A DNA stretch of 64,000 bases from assembly GCA_903925515.1 (NCBI GenBank), contig CAIYFP010000462.1:1358-65357 (forward strand). The letters run 5' to 3'. Positions 1 through 10,260 of the stretch are shown piece after piece (the first letter of the stretch is position 1; every line of letters begins with the position of its first letter). The notes below the pieces were generated by a model. That model ran no database searches. It had not been told where the DNA came from and worked only from the letters and a program-made list of their open reading frames with translations. The position numbers and the translations under genes were made by a program. Source of the DNA: an uncultured Verrucomicrobiota bacterium (GTDB lineage Bacteria; Verrucomicrobiota; Verrucomicrobiia; Limisphaerales; UBA9464).

Positions 1-1
1 C

Positions 2-202
2 CGCGCGGTGGTTCTCGTCAACCACGACCTTGCCTATACCGCATGGCCCACGGTCGTGTTTGACGCCGGCGACGCCGGGGTCCGGGAAGTGGACAAGGCC
101 ACGGGACGCGAGGTCGCGCTCGGGGATGACAGCCCGGAGTTGCCCGGGGTCCAGGTGTCGTTCGGCCCCGGCGACGCCCGGCTCTTCATCCTTCCTCGTT
201 GA
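2..202 (+). CDS. 3' end of an unidentified upstream gene (partial)
   Basis: Open frame enters from the window edge and stops at TGA 200-202. It ends ...VQVSFGPGDARLFILPR. No domain recognised. Confidence 0.3.
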   Translation, partial: RAVVLVNHDLAYTAWPTVVFDAGDAGVREVDKATGREVALGDDSPELPGVQVSFGPGDARLFILPR

Positions 203-233
203 ACCGCCCCATCCCTCGGCGCAACCTGCGCCC

Positions 234-854
234 ATGTTGACGCGCATCCTCCTCGGCGGGCTCCTGGCTTCCCTGGTCGCATGGACGGGCTGCAAGCCCG
301 CCCCCGCTCCCTCCGCCCTCTCCTCGGCGAGCGTCGCCCCCACGAAGGCGACCGAGCCCGGCGCGCCAACCCACGCCCCGGCCGGCAAACCCGCCGACTC
401 GGGCGAGCCCGACACGGGCCCCGTCTTCCACCTTGCGCATGCCCAGACGAACCTGCCAAAGGTCCGGCTTCACGTTGGTCCCAGGCAGGTCGTCGCCGAG
501 GCCTGCGTCACCGTCGCGCAGGTCGCCACCGGCCTCATGCACCGCGAGTCCATCGGCCCCGAGGAGTCCATGTTCTTCATCTTTGGCACGCCGCAGCAAC
601 GCTCGTTCTACATGAAGAACGTCAAGTTCCCCATTGCCGCCGCCTACATCGACGCCGACGGCGTGGTGGATGAAATCGTCCATTTGAAGGCCATGGACGT
701 CTCCCCTGTGCCCTCCAAGTCGTCCCACATCCAGTACGTCCTCGAGACCGCGCCCGACTGGTTCGAGCGCAACGGCATCACCAAGGGCGCCCTCGTCACC
801 ACGCCCAACGGCACGCTCGAGAAGACCGTCGCCCGCTTCGCCCAGCTCCAATAG
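234..854 (+). CDS. DUF192 (COG1430) family lipoprotein
   Basis: ATG at 234 gives MLTRILLGGLLASLVAWTGC (lipobox-like). The C-terminal ~110 aa follow the DUF192 pattern (GLMHRESIGPEESMFFIF...FYMKNVKFPIAAAYIDADG...YVLE). The longer 30..854 ORF adds an Arg/Pro-rich, non-protein-like N-terminus. Confidence 0.7.
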   Translation: MLTRILLGGLLASLVAWTGCKPAPAPSALSSASVAPTKATEPGAPTHAPAGKPADSGEPDTGPVFHLAHAQTNLPKVRLHVGPRQVVAEACVTVAQVATGLMHRESIGPEESMFFIFGTPQQRSFYMKNVKFPIAAAYIDADGVVDEIVHLKAMDVSPVPSKSSHIQYVLETAPDWFERNGITKGALVTTPNGTLEKTVARFAQLQ

Positions 855-891
855 GATCGGCCCGGCCAAGCCCTCCGGCCCACGCACCCCC

Positions 892-2553
892 ATGCGCATC
901 GCGCTCGCCCAGGTCAACCTCGTCGTCGGCGACATCGAGGGAAACGAACGACGCATCCTCGACGCCTACCGGCGGGGCTGCGATGCCGCTGCAGAACTTG
1001 TTGTTTGCCCCGAGCTTTGCATCACCGGCTACCCCCCTCGCGACCTCCTGCTGCGCCCCTCCTTCCTGCGCGCCAACCTCGATTCCCTCTCCCGCCTCGC
1101 CGCCGCCACCCATGACTCCACGGGCCTGCTCGTCGGCTTCGTCGATGAACCCGCACGGCGCCCGGGCCGTCCCCTAGCCAACGCCGCCGCCCTGCTGCAC
1201 GCCGGGCGCATCGCCGCCGTCCGGCACAAGACGCTCCTCCCCTCCTACGACGTCTTCGACGAGGACCGCTACTTCGAGCCCGCCCAATCCAATGCGCCCG
1301 TGCCTTTCAGGGGACGTCGCCTTGGAATCTCCGTCTGCGAGGACATCTGGAACGACGACTCCGTCTGGCAGGACCCGCGTTACCCGCGCGACCCTGCCCG
1401 CGAGCTGGCCGACCAAGGCGCCGAGTTCCTCGTCAACCTGTCCGCGTCCCCGTGGCAGCTCGGCAAGGAGGCCACGCGCATCGGCCTGCTCCAGCGCCTC
1501 GCCACCCGCACCCGCCTCCCCGTCGCCTATGTCAACCTCGTCGGTGGCAACGACGAGCTCGTGTTCGACGGCCAGTCCCTTGCCCTCGACGCCTCCGGCC
1601 GCCTGCTCTGCCATGCGGAGGCCTTCGCCGAGGACTTCCGAGTCGTGGACCTTTCTGCCACCGGCGGCCAGCCTCGCCGCGTCCTGCCCGACGAGGCCGC
1701 CCTGCATCGCGCCTTGGTGCTTGGCACGCGCGACTACTGCACGAAGTGCGGGTTCAAGTCCGCAGTCCTTGGCCTCTCCGGAGGGATCGACTCGGCGCTG
1801 GTCGCCTGCATCGCGGCGGACGCCCTCGGCCCGGGCAACGTCCGCGGCCTCCTGATGCCATCGCAGTTCTCCTCCCGGCACAGCATCGCCGACGCACGTT
1901 CGCTCGCCGAGGCCCTTGGCATTCGGCACGACGTCGTCCCGATCCAGCCGCCGTTCGACTCCGTCAAGGACGCCCTCTCGGACGTCTTCGCGGGCCGAGC
2001 GGAGGACGTCACCGAGGAGAACATTCAGGCACGCCTGCGCGGCATTTGCCTGATGGCCATGTCCAACAAGTTCGGCTCCCTGCTCCTCACGACCGGGAAC
2101 AAGAGCGAGCTCGCCGTGGGGTATTGCACCCTGTACGGGGACATGTGCGGCGGGCTTGCGGTCATCAGCGACGTCCCCAAGACGTGGGTGTACCGCCTTG
2201 CGCGCTGGATCAACCAAGAGGCCGCGCTCCATGGCCGCATCCCGCCCATCCCGGCGTCCACCCTCGACAAGCCCCCCAGCGCGGAGTTGCGGCCCAACCA
2301 GACCGACCAGGACAGCCTCCCGCCCTATGACGTGCTCGACGCCATCCTCGACCAGTATGTCGTGCGCCATCGCACGCCGGCCGAGATGGTGGCGTCCGGC
2401 CTGCCCGTGGACGACGTCAACCGCGTCGTCCGCCTGATCGACGGTGCCGAGTACAAGCGCCGGCAGGCCGCCCCCGGCCTCAAGGTCACGGCCCGTGCCT
2501 TCGGCGTGGGGCGCCGGATGCCCGTGGCTCAACGGTGGCGCGAGCAGGCGTGA
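892..2553 (+). CDS. nadE: glutamine-dependent NAD+ synthetase
   Basis: 553 aa. N-terminal CN-hydrolase/glutaminase domain (MRIALAQVNLVVGDIEGN, ISVCEDIW) fused to an NAD synthetase domain with PP-loop LSGGIDS. Confidence 0.95.
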   Translation: MRIALAQVNLVVGDIEGNERRILDAYRRGCDAAAELVVCPELCITGYPPRDLLLRPSFLRANLDSLSRLAAATHDSTGLLVGFVDEPARRPGRPLANAAALLHAGRIAAVRHKTLLPSYDVFDEDRYFEPAQSNAPVPFRGRRLGISVCEDIWNDDSVWQDPRYPRDPARELADQGAEFLVNLSASPWQLGKEATRIGLLQRLATRTRLPVAYVNLVGGNDELVFDGQSLALDASGRLLCHAEAFAEDFRVVDLSATGGQPRRVLPDEAALHRALVLGTRDYCTKCGFKSAVLGLSGGIDSALVACIAADALGPGNVRGLLMPSQFSSRHSIADARSLAEALGIRHDVVPIQPPFDSVKDALSDVFAGRAEDVTEENIQARLRGICLMAMSNKFGSLLLTTGNKSELAVGYCTLYGDMCGGLAVISDVPKTWVYRLARWINQEAALHGRIPPIPASTLDKPPSAELRPNQTDQDSLPPYDVLDAILDQYVVRHRTPAEMVASGLPVDDVNRVVRLIDGAEYKRRQAAPGLKVTARAFGVGRRMPVAQRWREQA

Positions 2554-2939
2554 GGCCGCCGCCTGCGAGGTGCGCGGACACTCGGCTTCCGCGGCCCACT
2601 TCCCTCGCGAGCCACACCGATCCCCACCAACGGATGAAATCCCGGTCGATTGCGTGACGCCTTGCGGGTGTGATGTCCCCGGCATCGCGGCGAAGGGAAA
2701 TCCTCGAGTCGCCACCTTGAGGTGGCCATCGCAGATCCAGTCGCCCCCTGCCAGCGCAAGGGCTCTTTAAAACCCCTTTGCCCGGCGCTTCTCCCCGTGG
2801 GTCGCCCTGCCGCCATCGACCCTCGGTGATTGGGGACGTCGGGACGGTCGCGACGTCGTACAAAAAAAGAATGGGCTTGAAAAAGTTCTCCGCACGTTAC
2901 CCCATGGGCTCCTTCCATAGGGAAAGTATCACCAGAAGC

Positions 2940-5900
2940 ATGAAAACAACCATCCATAGAAATCTCGCATCGAGGGCCTTGTCCCTCTTCGAGGCATGGG
3001 CGATGGCGGTGCTCCTACTCGGGGCGACCGCGTCGGCCAATGACATCGAGCCGGGCAAGGACAAGTACTCCGTTGTCTTTGCGCCGAAGAGCATCGTGCT
3101 CGACGGCGACTTGGGCGAGTGGGCGGGCGTGCCCGTCTTGGCCGACCCGAAGTTCTCCATCCCCAAGGGATCCGGCGCCACGGGCACCGGCAAGTACGTG
3201 CTGTTCGAGGAGTACGGCGGCGGCACGTGGAGCGGCCCGGACGACCAGACTTCTGCGGTTCAGATCGTGTACGATGCCGAGAACGTCTATTTCGGGTTCG
3301 TCGTGACCGATGATTATCACGAAAACGCCGCGAAGAGCGCATGGAACGGCGACTCGATCCAGCTGATGATCGCGAGCGCGGACCGCACGCAGCAGGTGGC
3401 GCTCTACAACTACGCGCTGGGCGGCGTGGAGGGCGACCTGGCCGACGTGATCGTGATGCACGAGGCCGGCCCCGGCGGCACCGAGGCGGTCGTTACCCGC
3501 AATGGGACGACCAAGAAGACCATCTACGAAATCAAGCTTCCCAAGTCCGCGTTGGGCCTCGAGAAGCTCGAGGGCGGCGTGAAGTTTGGCCTTGGCATGG
3601 CGATCAACGATGGCGACGCCGGCCCCGGCCAGAACGGCCAGAAGGGCTGGGGCGGCTTGGGCGCCCATGCGATCGTGTTCGGCAAGACCCCCGGCGAGAC
3701 TGCCGAGATCACGCTTCAGAAGAAGAACGACATCGAGCCCGGCAAGGAGTTCTACACGGTCAACCGCGCTCCTCGCGCCGTAAACCTGGACGGCAAACTC
3801 GACGAGTGGACTGGCGTGCCCGTGCTGGCAGACCCCAAGTTCTCCATCCCCAAGGGCTCCGGCCCGAACGGCAAGTACGTCCTCTTCGAGGAGTATGGCG
3901 GCGGCACATGGTCCGGCCCGGACGACCAGACGTCGGCCGTGCAGGTCATCTTTGACACCGACAACGTGTATTTCGGCATTGTCGTGACGGACGACTACCA
4001 CGAGAACGCCGCGCGCAGCGCATGGAATGGCGACTCGATCCAGTTGATGATCGCGAACGCCGACCGTTCGCAGCAGGTCGCCCTCTACAACTATGCTTTG
4101 GGCGGCGTGGAGGATGACCTGGGCGACGTAATCGTGATGCACGAGGCCGGCCCCGGTGGCACGGAGGCCGTGGTCACCCGCAACGGGACCACCAAGAAGA
4201 CGACGTACGAGATCAAGCTTCCGAAGGCCTCGTTGGGCTTGGACGTCCTCGAGGGCGGCGTGAAGCTCGGCCTTGGCATGGCGATCAACGACGGCGACTC
4301 CGGCCCCGGCCAGAACGGCCAAAAGGGCTGGGGCGGCCTGGGCGCGCACGCGATCGTGTTCGGCAAGACGCCGTCTGAAACCGCGCTCCTCACGCTGAGC
4401 TCCGTCGTTCCGAACGACATCGAGCCCGGCAAGGAGTACTACACAGCCAGCGCCGTGACCCAACCCGTGGTCGTCGATGGCAAGCTCAGCGAGTGGGGCG
4501 GCGTGCCCGTTCTCTCGGATCCCAAGTTTTCCATTCCCAAGGGCTCCGGCGCGTTGGGCACCGGCAAGTACGTCCTGTTCGAGGAATACGGCGGCGGGAC
4601 ATGGTCCGGCCCGGACGACCAGACGTCTGCCGTCCAGATCGTCTATGATGCCGAGAACGTGTACTTCGGCTTCGTCGTGACCGACGACTACCACGAGAAC
4701 GCCGCGCGCAGCGCATGGAATGGAGACTCGGTCCAGTTGATGATCGCGACGGCGGACCGCCAGCAGCAGGTAGCGCTGTACAACTATGCCCTCGGCGGCA
4801 TCGAGGACGACCTCGGCGACGTGATCGTCATGCACGAGGCGGGTCCTGGTGGCACGGAGGCCGTCGTGACTCGCGACTCGGCTGCCAAGAAGACCTACTA
4901 TGAGATCAAGCTGCCGGCATCCGCCCTAGGCAAGACCCCGCCGCTGACCTTGGGCACGCAATTCGGCCTTGGCATGGCGATCAACGACGGCGACTCCGGC
5001 CCGGGCCAAAATGGCCAGAAGGGCTGGGGCGGCTTGGGCGCTCACGCGATCGTGTTCGGCAAGTCGCCGAAGGAGACGGCCTTGATCTCCCTCGGCACCG
5101 CTTCCACGGGCTCCGACCGCCTGTTCCTCTCCGCCATCAATCCTGGCATCGTCACGTTCAGCTTCCGGGCCAACGACCTCGGCGGCTCGATCGTTTCGCC
5201 CACCGGCATCAAGCTCAGCATCGACGGCGCGCTCGTTCCAGTCACCGTCGCCCCCAAGAAGGGGGATGCCACCGACGTCACCCACACACGCGCGTTGCCG
5301 TTTCCGGCTGGCGAGCACACCTACCGCATCGAGGTCAAGGACACCCAAGGCAACACGGTCGTGGACACGGGCAAGTTCACCTCGGCCGCGGTTGGCATCC
5401 TCACGGCGGCTCATCAAGCCGTCTCGGTGGACAAGACCAAGCCGGGCTTCACCTGGCGCATTGTCCAGAACGAGGCCATGACCAGCACGTCCTTGGACGA
5501 CGCCGAGAAGGCCTTGCTGGGCACCCTCAGGGACGAGACCGGCGCGCTGATCAACAACCTCGCCGATCCGTTCGCCTCGGGTAATGCGCTCGACGTGGGC
5601 GTGGTGGATGGCGCGACCGTGAAGTTCCAGGTCGGCGGCACGTTCAACGTCAACTCCATCGGCGGCAACAACGGCGGCACCTTTGCCCCTGACGACCAGA
5701 TGCCCGGCGTGCCGGGCGGCACGGGCGGCGACTTCGGCATCGTGGCCGAGTTGACCACGTTCATGGAACTGCCCTCCGGCGTGGTCACGTTGGCCATTGC
5801 CTGCGACGACCGCTTCCGCGCCCAAGGCGGGCCCATCGGCAAGCCTGCCGATGGCATCCTCCTCGGCGTGGGCGACCGTGAGCTCAACGGCGCGACGTCC

Positions 5901-6287
5901 ACCGGCCTGATCCGGTTCTTCGTCCAGGACGCCGGCATCTACCCGATTCGCGTGGTCTATCAGGACAACGGTGGCGCGGCCCACATCGAGGTCGCGAGCG
6001 TCCAGGCGAACGGCGACAAGCTGCTCGTCAACGACCTCGACAACGGCGGCTTCAAGACGTATCGCGCGGGAGTCGCCCCGGCGAAGAGCACCATCACGGT
6101 CGTCGCAGCGGTCCCGGCGCCGTTGTCCGGCTCCGCGCTCACGGGCGTGACCGTGTCCGAGGCCACCAAGACCATCACGGCCGACATCCCCGCCTCCGGG
6201 TCTGCCGGCTTCCTCACGATCGCCCCGGGCGTCAAGATCAACTCGGTCACCCGCGAGGGCGACAAGCTGGTCATCAAGTACCAATAA
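2940..6287 (+). CDS. large secreted protein: 3 tandem CBM9/DOMON-like modules + PA14-like C-terminal region
   Basis: ATG at 2940 gives a signal-like MKTTIHRNLASRALSLFEAWAMAVLLLGATASA. There are three 229-aa repeats with LDGxLxEWxGVPV, ENVYFGFVVTDDYHEN and NGDSIQLMI, a pattern typical of family-9 carbohydrate-binding-like beta-sandwiches. Nt ~5446-6060 look PA14-like (GIYPIRVVYQDNGGAAHIEV). Confidence 0.75.
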   Translation: MKTTIHRNLASRALSLFEAWAMAVLLLGATASANDIEPGKDKYSVVFAPKSIVLDGDLGEWAGVPVLADPKFSIPKGSGATGTGKYVLFEEYGGGTWSGPDDQTSAVQIVYDAENVYFGFVVTDDYHENAAKSAWNGDSIQLMIASADRTQQVALYNYALGGVEGDLADVIVMHEAGPGGTEAVVTRNGTTKKTIYEIKLPKSALGLEKLEGGVKFGLGMAINDGDAGPGQNGQKGWGGLGAHAIVFGKTPGETAEITLQKKNDIEPGKEFYTVNRAPRAVNLDGKLDEWTGVPVLADPKFSIPKGSGPNGKYVLFEEYGGGTWSGPDDQTSAVQVIFDTDNVYFGIVVTDDYHENAARSAWNGDSIQLMIANADRSQQVALYNYALGGVEDDLGDVIVMHEAGPGGTEAVVTRNGTTKKTTYEIKLPKASLGLDVLEGGVKLGLGMAINDGDSGPGQNGQKGWGGLGAHAIVFGKTPSETALLTLSSVVPNDIEPGKEYYTASAVTQPVVVDGKLSEWGGVPVLSDPKFSIPKGSGALGTGKYVLFEEYGGGTWSGPDDQTSAVQIVYDAENVYFGFVVTDDYHENAARSAWNGDSVQLMIATADRQQQVALYNYALGGIEDDLGDVIVMHEAGPGGTEAVVTRDSAAKKTYYEIKLPASALGKTPPLTLGTQFGLGMAINDGDSGPGQNGQKGWGGLGAHAIVFGKSPKETALISLGTASTGSDRLFLSAINPGIVTFSFRANDLGGSIVSPTGIKLSIDGALVPVTVAPKKGDATDVTHTRALPFPAGEHTYRIEVKDTQGNTVVDTGKFTSAAVGILTAAHQAVSVDKTKPGFTWRIVQNEAMTSTSLDDAEKALLGTLRDETGALINNLADPFASGNALDVGVVDGATVKFQVGGTFNVNSIGGNNGGTFAPDDQMPGVPGGTGGDFGIVAELTTFMELPSGVVTLAIACDDRFRAQGGPIGKPADGILLGVGDRELNGATSTGLIRFFVQDAGIYPIRVVYQDNGGAAHIEVASVQANGDKLLVNDLDNGGFKTYRAGVAPAKSTITVVAAVPAPLSGSALTGVTVSEATKTITADIPASGSAGFLTIAPGVKINSVTREGDKLVIKYQ
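3039..5099 (+). repeat. 3 x 687-bp in-frame tandem repeat inside the CDS
   Basis: Repeat units start at the AAYGACATCGAGCC (NDIEPGK) motif at 3039, 3726 and 4413, an exact 687-nt period. Confidence 0.9.
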
Positions 6288-6320
6288 GTCGCGCCGTACG
6301 GCCGGACTGAAATCAGCGAA

Positions 6321-6352
6321 GGGGGGATGGCCCGAGGGTCATCCCCCTTTTT
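6321..6352 (+). terminator. rho-independent terminator
   Basis: Stem GGGGGATG (6322-6329) pairs with CATCCCCC (6340-6347), followed by TTTTT (6348-6352). It lies 35 nt after the stop at 6287. Confidence 0.7.
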
Positions 6353-6618
6353 GCTTTCACGGGTGCCGTCGCGGTGTGGGGCCTTGCGGGCCTGTCATGC
6401 ACCCGCATTGCGAGGGAGGCTGGTCCAACGGATGGCCGCCGACGTTCGGCGGCGACGGACATGTGGAGTGGCGCCGCCGTTTCAAGGCCACGCTTCCGCA
6501 AGGAATGGGCGAGACGGACGGCGACTGTTTGGGTTGAATCAAGGCCTTGAGCGCTTGGGATGACATCAAGGGCCGCGTTCTGCATGGCTTCGAGGCGAGG
6601 CGGTGTTCTCGGAGTGGC

Positions 6619-9600
6619 ATGAGGTTGTTCTTGTCCATGGCCACCCTGTTCTTCGCCGTCGTGTGCCACGGGGCCTCCCACTCGAATGTCGTCGTCAGGA
6701 CCGTGCCTTTGTCCGGCCCTGCCAACCTGGGATTTCGCCTGATGAATCCCGCCGAGACTGGCCTTTCGTTCACGAACGCGCTGACGGGCGACCAGTACCT
6801 GACCAACGCGGTGGCGCACAACGGTGCGGGCGTGGCCTTCGGGGACGTGGATGGCGACGGCTGGGCGGACATCTACCTCTGCAATCTCGAAGGCCCAAAC
6901 CAGTTGTTCCGGAACCGAGGCTCATGGCGATTCGAGCGGCTGGAGCAGCCCGTGATCGCGTGCGCGGACCAACGTTCCACGGGGGCCGTGCTCGCCGACG
7001 TGGATGGCGACCGTGACCTCGACCTGCTGGTCAACGGCATCGGCGTTGGCACCCGCCTCTTCCTCAACGATGGCCGCGGCGGCTTCACCGAGAAGATCGG
7101 CTCCGGGCTTTCGTCCACCGCCTCCGCGACATCCATGGCCCTTGCCGACATCGACGGGGACGGCGACCTCGACTTGTACTGCACCCATTTCATCGACGTC
7201 ATGCGCCTTGCGGATCCCTCAACCCGCTTTGCGCTCACGCGGAAGGGCGACGGGTGGGAGGTGTCGAAGATCAATGGTGAATCAACAAGGTCGGCCAAGT
7301 GGAAGGGGCGCTTCGAGGCAACGGCGGACGGCAAGGTCCGTGAATTGCCCGAGCTGGACGGCTTTTATCGGAACGAAGGGCAGGGACGGTTCACGGCGAT
7401 CGAGAGCGAGCCCGGGATGTTCTCGGACTCAGAGGGTAATCCGATCCCGCCCTACCGGGACTGGGGCCTTGCGGTGATGTTCCGGGACATCAACGGAGAT
7501 GGCGTGCCCGACCTGTACGTTTGCAACGACAACACCTCGCCGGACCGCGTCTGGATCAACCGCGGCAACGGGCGATACCGGGAGCTGGAGGCCACGCGGA
7601 TTCGTCACACGAGCCGGTCGGCGATGGGGGTGGACTTCGCGGACATCAACCGGGATGGCCTCGATGACTTCTTTGTCGTGGACATGCTCGCCCGCGAGCA
7701 TCGGTTCCGGATGACGCAACTGGTCCGTGACCGTCCCACGCGCGCCGAGATCGAGTCCGTGGAAGGAAGGCCGCAGTTCAACCGGAACACGTTGTTCCTT
7801 GGCCAGCCCGGCGGCTACTTCGCCGAGGTGGCATGGATGGCAGGGCTTGCCGCGTCGGACTGGACGTGGTCCACGCTGTTCATCGACGTGGACCTTGATG
7901 GCCTGGAGGACCTGCTCGTGACCAACGGCTTCGAGTTCGACGTGATGGACCAGGACAGCCACAACGAAATCAAGGACGGCGGGCGCCGACTGAGCGAAGC
8001 ACAGCTCAAGCGCTCCATGCAGATGCATCCCCGCTGGAGAACGCGGAACGCCGCGTTTCGCAACATGGGCCATGGGCGTTTCGAGCCTGCCCCGGCCTGG
8101 GGATTTGACCTCGAAGGCATCTCCTACGGCATGGCGGCCGGCGACCTCGACAACGACGGAGACCTTGACCTTGTCCTCAACAACCTGAATGGCCCGGCGG
8201 CGGTCTATCAGAACACGGCCCCAGGCCCGCGTGTGGCCGTGCGGCTGCGCGGGCAAGCCCCGAACTCGGCCGGCATCGGCGCCCGCATCTCCATTGTGTC
8301 GTCGCGCATGACCCAGTCCCAGGAAATGATCATCGGCGGCCGTTACCTGTCGTCGGATGAGCCCCTCCGCATGTTTGCCTTCGACCCCGTGCTGGACGCC
8401 GGCGCCGTGCTCAGGGTCCGGTGGCGCTCGGGACGGGAATCCGTCGTGGAAGGGCTGGAACCCCAACGCATCTACGAGGTCGTCGAGCCGTCCGGTCCCT
8501 TGCCCGAGCCCGCCGCGCCTTTGAAGCAGGCACCCGCGCTGTTCGAGGACCTTTCTGCGGCGCTCGACCATCGCCATTTCGACGAGGAGTTCGACGACTG
8601 GGCGCTCCAGCCCACCCTGCCGCGTCGGCTCAGCCAATTGGGCCCCGGCGTGGCATGGTTCGACGTGGACGGCGACGGGTGGGAAGACCTCGTGGTGGCC
8701 GGCGGCCGCGGCGGTGCCCTCGGCGTCCGGCGAAACCAGCAGGGCCAGTCATGGGCCGCCGTACCTGACCTTCCCGCGGCGTCGGGCGACCAATGCGCCG
8801 TGATGGGCTGGCATGACGGACGCGGCGGGCGCCATGTCTTGGCCTCGGTGTCGAACATGGAATCCTCGCCGGGCACTCCTTCCCGGATCGAGGTCCATCA
8901 TGCCGACGCCATGGCGCGGCCTGAGCAGCTTCCCATCGGCGGCCATGCGGCCGGGGCGCTGGTTACCATCGACATGGACGGGGACGGCGACCTGGATGTC
9001 TGGGTGGGCGGACGAAGTCGTGCCGGGAAGTATCCGGAGGCGGTCCCCTCGCACTGGTGGCGGAACGACGGTGGACGCCTCGTGCTGGACGAGCGTCGCA
9101 GCGCGGCGTTTGAGGCCCTTGGGATGGCGACGGGCGCCTGTGCCGCGGACCTTGACCGCGACGGCGACGCGGACCTTGTCGTCGCGAGCGAATGGGGCCC
9201 CGTCCGGGTCTTCGTGAACGAGGGCCCGGGGTTTCGCGACGCGACGGAGGCGTGGGGATTGAAGGAACGGACGGGCTTGTGGACGGGGGTGGCGACGGGG
9301 GACTTCGATGGCGACGGCCTTCCCGACCTTGTCTGTGGCAACTGGGGGCTCAACACGCAGTACGAGTTGTATGGGCCCTCGGAGATCCGGCTGTACCATG
9401 GGGATTGGACGGGGGACGGGGTGAACCAAGTCCTTGAGGCATGGCGCTCGGGTTCGGACTGGCTGCCGACGCACGACAGGAGCTGGTTGTCCCATGGGGT
9501 CCCCAGGGTGGCGTCCGAGTTCAAGACGCACGCGGAGTTTTCGAGGGCAACGATCCCCGCGATCCTCGGCCGGGTGGGCGCGACCAACGCCGCATGGGTG

Positions 9601-10260
9601 GGCGCCACGGAGTTGTCCTCGACGGTCCTGCTGAATCGCGGCGGCAAGTTCGTGGCCTTGCCGCTCCCTCCTGAGGCGCAGCGGGCGCCGGTGTTTTCCG
9701 TCAACGTCGGCGACCTCGACGGCGACGGCATCCATGACCTGTTCTGTTCGCAGAACTTCTTCGGGACGGCCTCGGACATCACCCGCGAGGACGGAGGCTT
9801 CGGGTTGGCGCTGCGTGGCCGCGGTGACGGCACGTTCGCCGCATGGGATGCGGAGGCGCTGGGCATCCGGGTGCTGGGCGAGCAACGTGGCGCGGCCCTC
9901 GGGGATTTCGACCATGACGGCCGCCTCGACATCGCGGTCACGCAAAGCCGTGGCGCGACGCGGTTGTTCCGCAACCGGTTGGCTAATCCCGGGGTACGGG
10001 TGGTGTTGAAGGGCGGCGCGAGCAACCCGGACGGCGTGGGTGCCGAGCTGCGGGTCGAGGATGATGGTGGCCGCGTGGGGCCGGTGCAGACGGTGGGGGC
10101 CGGCAGCGGCCATTGGTCGCAGGACGCGCCCGTCCGGGTTGTGACGAGCGCGAACAAAGCGGTTGCCCTGCGAGTTCGTTGGCCAAATCGTCGCGAGATG
10201 CGTCTTCCATTGGATCCAGCCGAGCGTTCGGTGGACGTCCCGATGCCCACCTCGCCATGA
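6619..10260 (+). CDS. FG-GAP/VCBS repeat protein with two ASPIC/UnbV-like segments (CRTAC1-family, duplicated module)
   Basis: ATG at 6619 gives signal-like MRLFLSMATLFFAVVCHGAS. Many FG-GAP Ca-binding-like loops are present (DVDGDGWADIYLCN, DVDGDRDLDLLVNG, DIDGDGDLDLY, DLDNDGDLDLVLNN, DMDGDGDLDVW, DLDRDGDADLVV, DFDGDGLPDLV). UnbV/ASPIC-like stretches occur mid-protein (GARISIVSS..QEMIIGGRYLSSDEPLRMFAF) and at the C-terminus (GAELRVEDDGGRVGPVQTVGAGSGHWSQD). Confidence 0.8.
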   Translation: MRLFLSMATLFFAVVCHGASHSNVVVRTVPLSGPANLGFRLMNPAETGLSFTNALTGDQYLTNAVAHNGAGVAFGDVDGDGWADIYLCNLEGPNQLFRNRGSWRFERLEQPVIACADQRSTGAVLADVDGDRDLDLLVNGIGVGTRLFLNDGRGGFTEKIGSGLSSTASATSMALADIDGDGDLDLYCTHFIDVMRLADPSTRFALTRKGDGWEVSKINGESTRSAKWKGRFEATADGKVRELPELDGFYRNEGQGRFTAIESEPGMFSDSEGNPIPPYRDWGLAVMFRDINGDGVPDLYVCNDNTSPDRVWINRGNGRYRELEATRIRHTSRSAMGVDFADINRDGLDDFFVVDMLAREHRFRMTQLVRDRPTRAEIESVEGRPQFNRNTLFLGQPGGYFAEVAWMAGLAASDWTWSTLFIDVDLDGLEDLLVTNGFEFDVMDQDSHNEIKDGGRRLSEAQLKRSMQMHPRWRTRNAAFRNMGHGRFEPAPAWGFDLEGISYGMAAGDLDNDGDLDLVLNNLNGPAAVYQNTAPGPRVAVRLRGQAPNSAGIGARISIVSSRMTQSQEMIIGGRYLSSDEPLRMFAFDPVLDAGAVLRVRWRSGRESVVEGLEPQRIYEVVEPSGPLPEPAAPLKQAPALFEDLSAALDHRHFDEEFDDWALQPTLPRRLSQLGPGVAWFDVDGDGWEDLVVAGGRGGALGVRRNQQGQSWAAVPDLPAASGDQCAVMGWHDGRGGRHVLASVSNMESSPGTPSRIEVHHADAMARPEQLPIGGHAAGALVTIDMDGDGDLDVWVGGRSRAGKYPEAVPSHWWRNDGGRLVLDERRSAAFEALGMATGACAADLDRDGDADLVVASEWGPVRVFVNEGPGFRDATEAWGLKERTGLWTGVATGDFDGDGLPDLVCGNWGLNTQYELYGPSEIRLYHGDWTGDGVNQVLEAWRSGSDWLPTHDRSWLSHGVPRVASEFKTHAEFSRATIPAILGRVGATNAAWVGATELSSTVLLNRGGKFVALPLPPEAQRAPVFSVNVGDLDGDGIHDLFCSQNFFGTASDITREDGGFGLALRGRGDGTFAAWDAEALGIRVLGEQRGAALGDFDHDGRLDIAVTQSRGATRLFRNRLANPGVRVVLKGGASNPDGVGAELRVEDDGGRVGPVQTVGAGSGHWSQDAPVRVVTSANKAVALRVRWPNRREMRLPLDPAERSVDVPMPTSP

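Noticed and set aside
3015-4835. 606-aa ORF on the minus strand, antisense to the triple-repeat gene. Similar long ORFs occur at 1174..2715 -, 8749..10371 -, 8898..11126 -, 10958..12625 -, 17618..19162 +, 23130..25778 +, 25844..27250 -, 26374..27975 - (5' part), 40200..41840 +, 53470..54891 -, 58563..61406 - and 61842..63953 -.
   Set aside because: Each lies antisense or out of frame to a gene with clear family motifs. Their translations are Arg/Gly/Pro/Ala/His-rich with no recognisable motif. Stop-poor antisense frames are expected in such GC-rich DNA.
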